Shown piece by piece: positions 36,415-48,400 of a DNA stretch of 64,000 nt. This DNA comes from Octopus bimaculoides (taxonomy: Eukaryota), in contig NC_068989.1 in NCBI RefSeq assembly GCF_001194135.2, forward strand, positions 85,783,111 through 85,847,110. Direction: 5' to 3'. Positions within the stretch are counted from its first letter, which is position 1; each line of letters opens with the position of its first letter. Below the pieces are notes generated by a model. That model searched no databases and had not been told where the DNA came from. It worked only from the letters and a program-made list of their open reading frames with translations. Position numbers and translations under genes: made by a program.

Positions 36415-39400
36415 CTGCAAAATCAATGACAGAGATGGTTATCACAAACTAGAATAACAACAAAAATCAATAGTAACAAGAACAAAAATAGCATTAACAT
36501 GTAAAGCACGACAGGCCACGATCATAGCCGTCAGGCACTGGTCAACAGGCCATGATCGTGGCCCAGATAGATGCGTTTAATTGATGGGCATTTGTTGAGG
36601 TCTAATGTCATTCAAACTGCCCGACACCCACCAGAATGCAAGAGGACTAATAGTTCAACTAAGGCGGTGGGTTGGTAGAAACGTTGGCACACCGGGCGAA
36701 ATGCTTAGCAGTATTTCGTCTGACTTCATGTTCTGAGTTCAAATTCCACTGAGGTCGACTTTGTCTTTCATCCTTTCGGGCTGGCTGGCCCCTTCCCCCA
36801 AAATTTTGGGCTTTGTGCCTAGAGTAGAAAAGACTATATCTTTAAAAGGTGGTGAGCTGGCAGAAATGTTAGCATGCTGGGCGAAATGCTTAGCGGTATT
36901 TCATCTGTCTTTACATTCTGAGTTCAAATTCTGCCGATGTCAACTTTGCTTTTCACATTTTTGGGGGTCAATAAATTAAGTACCAGTTGTGTACTGGGGT
37001 CGATCTAATCGACTACTCCCGCCCCCCCAGTATTGATCTGTAAATCAGTAACACACTTGGTAGTATATTATGGCTGTAAAACTAAATACTGTGTCCTTTG
37101 CTAAGAGTTAATTAGAAAGTTCTGCATCAGAGATGTTTGTTAGCTTGTATTATATAAAACTTATAGGCGCAGGAGTGGCTGTTGGTAAGTAGCTTGCTTA
37201 CCAACCACATGGTTCTGGGTTCAGTCCCACTGTGTGGCACCTTGGACAAGTGTCTTCTACTATAGCCTCGGGCCGACTAAAGCCTTGTGAGTGGATTTGG
37301 TAGACGGAAACTGAAATGAAAGACGCCCATCATATATGTACATATATATATGTATATATGTATGTGTCTGTCCCCCCACCATCGCTTGACAACCGATGTT
37401 GGTGCATTTACATCCCCGTAACTTAGCAGCTCGGAAAAGAAACAGATAGAATAAGTACTAGGCTTACAAAGAATAAGTCCTGGGGTCAATTTGTTCAACT
37501 AAAGGTGGTGCTCCAGCATGGCCACAGTCAAATGACTGAAACAAAAGAATAAAAATAGAGAAATACCTTCATTTTTACCTTGCTTTTTCTCTGTCCCCTT
37601 TTCCTGTACAGACACCAAGTTACCATCAGATACAGCAGCTTTATCGTCCAATATGTCGTCATCATTTATTGAGTTGTCATCAAGATCTGATTCTTCAATG
37701 AAAGACTCCTCAAAGCATTGAAGAATGGTTTTTTGTCGGGGATTCTAGAGAGGGAAAACAATAACAATTATTATAGCATTAATAATTTCTAAATGTTGAT
37801 GCAAGGTCACAAATTTAGGTAGGGATGTAAAGGGCAGTGGCATAGCTAGGGTAAACCGTGCCTGGGGCAAGCCGCAAAAATGCCTTCCCCAACCAGTTAC
37901 AAAATCCACGAGATTATATAGTACTCATTTGCTACAAGTAATTAATGTTTTAAAGCAATATTTTAGGAATAATTACTTTGCCAGGGTTCATTTACTTGCC
38001 GGTTTGGTACAACCGGTAATTCAAAATATATTTTTTGAATGTTTACTTTTACAAAACCTCCTTATTTTAACTGTTAAATGCACCAACCCCCCTGATTGAA
38101 ACATTAAAAAAATTAATGTGTGAAATGAGATGTAATAAAAAAAAATACAGGCACAGGAGTGGCTGTGTGGTAAGTAGCTTGCTTACCAACCAGATGGTTC
38201 TGGGTTCAGTACCACTGTGTGGCACCTTGGGCAAGTAAGTATCTTCTAGAAGATGGAAGTCCATACAAACTTTTAATCATATTGCCAACTAAGTTTATAC
38301 TTCTTTAATATAATAAGGAGAGAAATGAAAAATACAGGAAATTGAATTGAAGTGTTAAAAGTGAATACTTACTTGGAATAGAACTGTGTCTGTTTCTGAA
38401 AAGTCATCTTTAGAAAGACCAGCTTTACCCAAAATATTCAGCTTATTTTTTATAAGAGGCCTAATAAAGGGGAGAGGATTATAGAGGTTTAACAGCGAAA
38501 TTATCATCAATATCATATATATATACTTACATATAAAAGGCATGGTTTGCTCCTGGCATAAGATGTTTTTAAAGGAGAGAGAATTTTCCTCTCAGACATA
38601 TTTATATCTACAAGGAGTGGGGGTGCTGAAAAGTTCCTGGCTTTGAGTAAAAGAAAATACAGGAGGATCAGTTAATTATGACTTAATTCAACATATTCCC
38701 CTCTCAGATTCACACACTTATTGCAGTGGTCCTTCAGTTTTTCTAAGCTCCGTAAAAGAACTTGGACAATTGGGCCTCCAATCAGGCCTTTCACAAAACC
38801 CTTAAAGCCAGAAACTTTTCAGTACCCCCCTTGTAAGAACTTACACATTATTTTAATTCTTTTTTTTATACAAAATAAAATGAAGCTCTTTAGTTTCACA
38901 CACACGCGTAAAGATATAAATGCATAAATATTACCATATAAAATCATCAGCAGTTCCTGTGGCCACAAGATAGTGAATGTTTACTGAATCCATTTGTCCA
39001 ATTCTATGAACTCGATCTTCAGCCTGGACTAGAATCTGCCAAGAAGAATATATAAATTAATACACACATACAAGTATAACACACACACACACACACACAC
39101 ATATACTCTTTTACTTGTTTCAGTCATTTGACTGTGGCCATGCTGGAGCACCGCCTTTAGTCAAGCAAATCGACCCCAGGACTTATTCTTTGTAAGCCTA
39201 GTACTTATTCTATTGGTCTCTTTTGCCGAACTGCTAAGTTATGGGGACGTAAACACACCAGCATTGGTTGTCAAGCGATGTTGGGGGGGACAAACACAGA
39301 CACANNNNNNNNNNNNNNNNNNNNNNNNNNNNNNNNNNNNNNNNNNNNNNNNNNNNNNNNNNNNNNNNNNNNNNNNNNNNNNNNNNNNNNNNNNNNNNNN

Positions 39401-42400
39401 NNNNNNNNNNNNNNNNNNNNNNNNNNNNNNNNNNNNNNNNNNNNNTATATATATGCGCACATATATACGACGGGCTTCTTTCAGTTTCCATCTACCAAAT
39501 CCACTCATAAGGCTTTGGTCGGCCCGAGGCTATAGTAGAAGACACTTGCCCAAGGTGCCACGCAGTGGGACTGAACCCGGAACCATGTGGTTGGTAAGCA
39601 AGCTACTTACCACACAGCCACTCCTGCTTGCATGTAATAACATATGTAATGAAGTAACTCACGAGACAAGACCTCTCAACTGAGTGGGAGAGAAATATTG
39701 AGGGAGGTGGATTGATAGCAAGTGATGAGAGGTTAAAGTATGAGAGAGGGACAGGAACCCGTGCCTCACTACAGAGGAGATACATGGCTAACCCAACTGG
39801 GAAAGAAAGAGGATAGCAGTGAAGATGCATCATGGCATACCCTCAAGTTACAGGAAGATGAATATAAGAGAAGTGGTATGGTGGGGTAAGTAGGTTTGCT
39901 GGACTGCAAGAGGTGAATGGCAGATATAGATGAGGATGAAGGGAAATGCAGTGAGAGATAAACATGGATTAGTACAGAAATACCTTCACTGCAAAACCTT
40001 GAAAAATCAATTACATAAAGAGCTGAAAGGAAAGAAAATATAATCAACAAATAATCGTTGTACTTACTCCTGGGTTCCAGAACAGTTCAGCAAAGATAAC
40101 CAAGGATGCTGCAGTTAAATTTAACCCTGCATTTGCAGCACAGATGGACAGTATTGCTAACCGAATATCTTCATGTTTTTGAAACTGGTCGCAATAGAAC
40201 TTGCGCTGTTGACTAGTTGTTTTCCCATCAATGCGAATGTATTCAATTTTGCACTGGAAAGAATTATAATAAAGACAGAGTGTAATGTTAGCAGAGAGAT
40301 TTTGCCAAAGATAAGAGTTCGTAATTTACTTAATTTGCAAGATCCTCTTATGAGGCGATGCTGAAAAGTTCCTGGCTTTGGGTAAAAGAAAATACAAGCA
40401 GATCAGTTAATTATGATTTTATTCAACATATCCACTTCTCAGATTCACATACATATTGCAGCAGTCCTGTAAAAGAACTCAGAAGGTTGGGCCTCCAACC
40501 AGGCTTTTCGTGATATCCTCAAAGCCAGATATTTTCCAGCACCCCCTTGTACACCCTTTAAACACGTATTTCCAGTACGTACACTCCTGACCCCTACTAC
40601 CTCAAGAATCTCAACCCCTACTATCCCCCCAATCCCAATCTCTCATTTATATAATGCTTTACCATTCCACTTTTCAGCATCAGTATCATCATTTAACGCC
40701 TGTTGTCCATGGTGGCATGGGTTGGATGGTTTGTTTGGGCTGGTACACTAGAAGGCTGCGCCAAGATTCAGTCCGATTTCACATGGTTTTCTACAGCTGG
40801 ATGCTCTTCGTAATGTCAACCACTCCGAGAGTGTAATGGGTGTTTTCATGTACCACCAGCATGGATGCCATTTGCATGACACCAGTATCTGCCATGACAG
40901 CAATTTTGCTTGGCTTGATGGGTCTTCTTCTGAAGCACACAACATAATGCTTCCAAGGTCATTGTTTCCACAAGGCCCAACACTCGAAAGGAGCTCAGCT
41001 ACTTTGCCTCCATGAGCTCCAACATTTGAAAGGAACTCAGCCACCTTGTCTCTGTCAGGCCCAACACTTGAAAGGTACTCAGCCACTTGGCTTCCATGAG
41101 GCACAACGATCACAGGTTGATCTTCTTTACATACCACCAGCATCAGTGCATCACTGGCAACAACCATGTTCGAATGGTGCGTTTTACATGTCACCAGCAT
41201 GGGAGCCAGTCAGGCAGCACTGGCATAAACCATGCTCGAATGGTGCCTTTTACGTGCCACCAGCATGGGAGAGTAATCTGAAGGTCCTCTAATCTGAAGG
41301 TTGGAAAAGCAGTAATTCAGTATAAGACCTAAGACCATAAGAACTCACCCAATCCATACCAGCATGGAAAGCAGATATAAGAATGTTTAGGATGGTCACC
41401 ATGGGGAAGATAAGTCACTAAATCGCTGATCATCATTATTGCCATCATTTTAATGTCCACTTTTCCATGCTTTCATGGATCGGATGCAATTTGTTGAGGT
41501 TGATTTTTTATGGCCAGATGCCCTTCCTGTCATCAACCCTCACCTTTATTCCAAACGGGGTAACATTTCCAGACAGGTTTTCATGAAAGACTGCAAACGA
41601 ATGACACCACTAGCATGATGGAGACACCTGTTTTACAAACTCTCGTAGTAAGTCAAAGCAAGGAGACAGTAAAACGCACACACATACACAATGAGCTTCT
41701 TTTAGTTTCCATCTATTAAAACAACTCACAAGGCTTTGGTCAGTCCAGGGCTTTAGAAGACACTTATTAACTGTGCCATTTGGTGGGACTGAAACTGAAA
41801 CCATGTTGTTAGGATGCAAGCTTCTTTACCACACAGCCACGTCTGTGGCTATACTGATTATTTTCATAAATCAAAACAATTTATTGGCCTCTTAGAAGCC
41901 CTGTAATAAGAGCAGAATGGATAGGTGAGTGGTTTAACAGACTAACCTTATTTTGGACATGCTTTTCAATGGCATCCATCATCACACAATGGTGTGCAAA
42001 TACCAGGAACTTTTGACCAGCTTCCACTCGGTCTGTGATGTAGTCGCTGTGGGATGAAACATAGAATTGATGGAGATGCATGTTTAAAACAGTGACGTGC
42101 GGGAAACATGTAGTAGTGTCAGCTGGATGTAGAATGGACATGGGTTTGTGTGTGGGCATCTTGTAAGAAAAATATACATCTTACATACTAACAAATAGAT
42201 TGGTGGTATGAAAAGGGGACAGAGAAGACAAAAGAGAGGGAGGGAGGGAAGGATGAAGGAAGAAAGGAGAAAAGAAGGAAGTAAAGGAGAGAAGCTAGTG
42301 TAAGGGTGTGAAATAGAAAGCGAATTATTATATTTTCTGGCAAATAAGTTCAAATTTTCAGACCAAAATTTACAGCAAAAACGGTAGGTTGATTCTTACA

Positions 42401-45400
42401 ACAAGATGTCCTTTAAAGATACATAGTTTATGTTAAAACTTCCAAGGTGGTGAGCTGGCAGAAGTGTTAGCATGCCGGGCGAAATACGTAGCAGTATGTC
42501 GTCTGCCATTACGTTCTGAGTTCAAATTCCGCCGAGGTCGACTTTGCATTTCATCCTTTCGGGGTAGATAAATTAAGTACCAGTTACGCACTGGGGTCGA
42601 TGTAATCGACTTAATCCCTTTGTCTGTCCTTGTTTATCCCCTCTATGTTTAGCCCCTTGTGGGCAATAAAGGAATACAATAACCTTGGCGGACCATGATT
42701 TGGAAAGACAGTGACAATGTTTGAATGTTTACACTATAAATTATGTTGATTTCTATGCCAAAAAATACAGTAAGAATAAGTGATGGTAGCAGATGTTAAC
42801 TGAAGTGAGAGTTTGCTGTTGTGGTGTGAATGCATGGAGGGTTAGCTAGAGATAGAGATAAAATATTGACAGACTTACCAAACAGCGGAAGACTTGGCTG
42901 ATGCTGTTTCTTGAAAATATCGAAACAAGAGATTTCGTCTTTCCTGTAAACACAAAAGAAAACAAGAGGTTTGTGTATGTGTACAAAAGGCAAGGTTGAC
43001 CTAGAAGTAAATGGCTGCCAATGATAAAACATATAATTGCAAAAATATACTTTTATTTCTTTACTTGTTTCAGTTATAGGACCATGGCCATGGTGTTTTT
43101 AACCATAGATGGGGTTAGGAAGGGCATCTAGCAGTAAAAACCTTACCAAAACTGACCTTGCCTGTGCTTGTGCCACATAAAAAGCACTAAGTTCACTCTG
43201 CTGAGTGGTTGGTGTTAGGAAGGGTATCCAGCTGTAAAAATCCTGCCAAAACAGTCACAGAAGTCTGGAGCTAGCTTTGGCCTGGCCGGCTCTTGTGAAG
43301 CCATCCCACCCATGCTGAGATGGGTCGGACAGTTTGACCAGACCTGGCAAGCAGGAGTATTGAAAGAAGTACTGAGATATTTCATAAAGCAGTATTGCAA
43401 TGCATAGTTGAGAGGTAACGAGATCTAACATAAAACAGTAGTAAGATGTATCATAGAGAAGCAGTGATTTATATCATAACATGTTACTTACAGCTGATGT
43501 TGATTTCTCTACCAAGGCGGAAACTTTTTTCATGGAGGCATCAGTCTTAATGGCATTGGGATTCAACAATACAGCTTGTCTCCTTTTGGATGGCAACTGG
43601 CTGAGAACATCTTTCTTCATCCGTCTGTAAATAACAATAATTAGAAACAATTATTATTATTATTAATCCTGCCAAAACAGTCATCCCACCCATGCCAGCA
43701 TGGAACACAGATGTTAAATGATGATGATGATGAAACAACAACTACGAAAGTGAAACATTATCTACAACAATTTGTAAGGGTAGTAACAACAGTAACAATA
43801 ACAAGAACAGCAACAGTAAATATTCAACAGTTGGGTACTTACCTGATCATAACCTTCTCTTCCATAAACACCTGTAGTTCAGCCAAGTTGGAATAACCAC
43901 TGAAATCCCAACCCCAGGCATTCTGGGAATGAAATGAATATTTTGTTATAGAAGCATGGATAATATAGGATTACAGGGTGTAGAATGTCTCTCTTGTATT
44001 GTATATAACATGTAGAGTAATCTATATGATATTGTCTGAGGCAAAGTGGCTGAGTTCCCTTTGAGCATTGGGCCTCACAGAAGTGAGTTCCTTTCAAGCG
44101 TTGGGCCTCTTGGAGGCAATGATCAAGACCTTTGGCATTATGTCATGACAGATACCAGTGTCATGCAAATGGCACCCATGCCAGTGGCACGTAAAAGCAC
44201 CCATTACACTCTCGGAGTGGTTGGCATTAGGAAGGGCATTCAGCCACAGAAACCATGCCAACACATTAACATGCATGCAAACACACAACTACATACTCCC
44301 TTTCACACCTGCACACACTCTTACAGATTCACACACACACAGATGTTCAACAAAAACGTGCATATTTGTGTATGCAGCAGACACACATACTAACAATTCA
44401 AACTGAACATTAACCACACTAATTTCATCTGGATATTCCATTATCCCATCCCTTCTCCACCTGACAAGTCAAACAAGAGGAATGGTGCTGATCTGTGGGC
44501 ACTGCATTACCTCTTCACATAGCATCATTGTAATTCAATCTTCGAAAGTTACCAATCTCACTGAGGGGTTTTGCTCTCACACATCCTAAACATAACTTGT
44601 GCTCCTTACCTTTTTGCCATCACAGTAGCGCAAACCATATTCAGTGAAATTAATAGGTCGAAGTACCCCAACAATTTGGGTGAAAAGCTCTGATGGACGA
44701 GACAAAGCAGGTGTCCCAGTCAAAAGGATCACACGGGTAGCATTCTGAAAATATAAGTACATGGATATTTGACAGTGGAATAAAAAAAATCCCTTTCTTG
44801 GAAAACAAGTAAGGACTGGCAACAGGAAAAGCTTCCAACTATAAGATATTGAGTTCAAATTTTGGTACAAGGCCAACAAATTCAGGGAAGGAGTAAGACA
44901 ATTACATCAAACCCGGTGCTCAACTGGTACTTATTTCATCAACCCCATAAGGAAGAAAGGCAAAGTCGACCACAGCGGAATTTGAACTCAGAATGCAAGG
45001 ATGGATACAATGCTACTAAGTATTTTGCCCGGTGTGCTAACAATTCTGCCAGCTAACTGCCATTTATAAAATATTCTTTTCTACTCTAGGCACAAGGCCT
45101 GAAATTTTGGGGGAGGGGGCCAGTCGATTAGACTGACCCCAGTACACAACTGGTACTTAATTTATCGACCCCTGAAAGGATGAAAGGCAAAGTTGACCCC
45201 AGCAGAATTTGAACTCAGAACATAAAGACAGACGAAATACCGCTAAGCATTTCGCCCGGTGTGCTAATGTTTCTTATTTCTTTATTGCCCACAAGGGACT
45301 AAACATAGAGGGGACAAACAAGGACAGACAAAGGGATTAAGTCGATTACATTGACCCCAGTGCATAACTGGTACTTAATTAATCGACCCCNNNNNNNNNN

Positions 45401-48400
45401 NNNNNNNNNNNNNNNNNNNNNNNNNNNNNNNNNNNNNNNNNNNNNNNNNNNNNNNNNNNNNNNNNNNNNNNNNNNNNNNNNNNNNNNNNNNNNNNNNNNN
45501 NNNNNNNNNNNNNNNNNNNNNNNNNNNNNNNNNNNNNNNNNNNNNNNNNNNNNNNNNNNNNNNNNNNNNNNNNNNNNNNNNNNNNNNNNNNNNNNNNNNN
45601 NNNNNNNNNNNNNNNNNNNNNNNNNNNNNNNNNNNNNNNNNNNNNNNNNNNNNNNNNNNNNNNNNNNNNNNNNNNNNNNNNNNNNNNNNNNNNNNNNNNN
45701 NNNNNNNNNNNNNNNNNNNNNNNNNNNNNNNNNNNNNNNNNNNNNNNNATGAAAGGCAAAGTCAACCTCAGTGGAATTTGAACTCAGAACGTAACGGCAG
45801 ATGAAATACTGCTAAGCATTTCGTCCGGTGTGCTAACGTTTCTGCCAGCCTGCTGCCTTGCCATCGATAAAACATTGCCTATAAGTATTCATTAAGTCAG
45901 CATGAAAACGTGGACATAAAAATGAAAAAGCAAATTTCATCATCACCATAATCATTTAACGTCCATGATACATGCTGCCATGGGTTGGACAGTTTAACAG
46001 GATCTGAGGGAGTCCAAGGATGGCACCATTCTCCATTGTCTGCTTTGGCATGGTTTCAACAGCTCAATGCACTCCCTAACGCCAGCTTACAGCATGTACT
46101 GAGGGCTTTTTTTTGTGCCAGCTGCACTATTGAGGTCACTATACAGCTTGCAGGACTATGAACCCTGGGAGAGGCAGGTATCAGCTTCATGCTAGGGGAC
46201 AAGGTGTGTAAGTGTGTATGTATGTGTGTTTTGTGAAAGACAACTAAAAGGTTGGCATCAGGAAAGGTATCCAGCCATAAAATGTGTGGTTCATCTATGA
46301 CAATTACTGTGCTAATTATTAATGAAATAATACACTAACCTGGAGTAGTGGAAGTGCTGCTTTTGTTCTGGCACTCTTGAAATTCTTCAGGAAGTGGGAT
46401 TCATCCTTTTGGAGGAAGAAAAAAAAAATAAATAAAATGTAAAATACACAAAGAAAAGATGATACCAAATGTCAGAGAATGTTGATAAAAATACAAAAGG
46501 AACAAATACTAAGAAAGGTGTAGCATGACTGTTCCAGTACCGCTTGACTGGCCTTTGTGCCGGTGGCATGTAAAAGCACCCACTACACTCTCGGAGTGGT
46601 TGGTGTTAGGAAGGGCATCCTGCTGTAGAAACTCTGCCAAATCAGATTGGAGCCTGGTGTAGCCATTTGGTTTCACCAGTCCTCAGTCAAATCGTCCAAC
46701 CCATGCTAGCATGGAAAGCGGACGTTAAACGACGATGATGATATAAGATGGAGATATCAATCATTATCCTCCTCCTCCTCGCTGCCAACACCGTCATCGC
46801 TGCTGCCGCCACCACCGCGTCTAAAACACCACTGTTCAAATTTCCTTTTATCAATTTCCTTTATAATCCAGCATTCAGCTCCATAGGTAGCTATGATTAG
46901 TCCACATTACTCCATAAGGAGCACAGGGCAAGTTTCTTGTTTTCTCTGGTGCATACGTTCCTCCCTGGTTGCGATACCAGTCTGTCACAGTCTGAGCAAT
47001 GTGAAATGAAGTTCATTGCTCAAGAACACAACACATCATCTGATCCAGGAATCGAAACCACAATCTTACGATCACGAGTCACGCACCTCCATAGGTGGCT
47101 CTGCTAACTATCAATGAATTGAGGCGTTGCTTTTTCGTTTGCAAGGAGACGGCCTTCATCATCATCATTTAACGTCCGTTTTCTATGCTGGCATGGGTTG
47201 GACAATTTGAGAGGAGCTGGTCAACTGGAGATCTGCCCAGTTTCCATGTCTGCTTTGGCATAGCTTCTGCAGTTTAATGCCCTTCCTAATGCCAACCGTT
47301 TTACAGCGGTTGCTATTACACAGCACTGGCACAGGTGCTTTTTACATGGCATTGGCACATGATTAGGTATACTCAGCCGGAGAGGGATGCAGGGGACATG
47401 CCTGTATGCAAGGACAACCATGTATTTACTTAGTTTGACATATCTTCTCAAGCACAACAAACTACCAAAAGTCTTGGCCTGTCATCCCCTAGGTGAGGCC
47501 CAACATCTGAAGATCCTTTTTCACCACTTCGTTCCACATCTTTTTGGGTCTACCCCATCTACACATTCCCTCCACAATTAGAGCTCAGCCTTATTCTTCC
47601 ATATATTGTTCAGTGATATCATGGCATTCTTGGCTATACAGACTCTTCTCTTGATTTCATGGGTGTCATTGTACTCACTGGTAATAAGAATACCAGGGTA
47701 CACAAATTCTTTTACATTTTCAATATTACATTGTTTATCAGTGTCTGTGAACATATATTTACATACAACCAATGCCAATATGAAAAACTGACATTAGAAG
47801 ATGATGATGATGACAACAAACATGCATATATGTATACCCTGACACACACATACACATTATTGACATGGAATCCTACTTACCATAATAACAATTTTAAACT
47901 TCTTGGTTAACAATTCATTTGATTTCTTTGACATCAGATCATAACTGAGAATATTAACCATTCCACTTACACCACTATCTTTGCCTTTCAAGATCACATT
48001 TATCTCTTGTGGATCCAAACTGGGTACCCAGCGTCGAATTTGCTGAACAAAAGAGGTAATGATAATAATAATAATAATAATAATAGTAACCATAAGAGCA
48101 TCACAGCAAACTACAGCACATACTCAAGGTACACAGAGCTGTGCTTGGTAGTGCAGTGAAAGCACGTTATAAAAATAAGACTACTGAATAATAATAATAA
48201 TGTGGTAGATAAAAGAAAAATGGAAACCAAGATCATAGATATTGCCACACCCAGGGATGTATGCATAGATGACAAAGAGCTGGAAAAGATGAAGAATTAT
48301 AGACTACTAAAAGATGAAATTGCAAGAATGTGAGCAATGAGGAGAGAAATTGGAATTGATATGAGGGCAGAGCCAACCCCAAAAACATAATAATATATAT

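Noticed and set aside
40950-41110. Repeat-peptide ORF ([10 protein letters not shown] units)
   Set aside because: An approximately 34-45-bp tandem motif inside an RTE/SINE tail region that recurs inverted at about 44040-44110; not a host gene.
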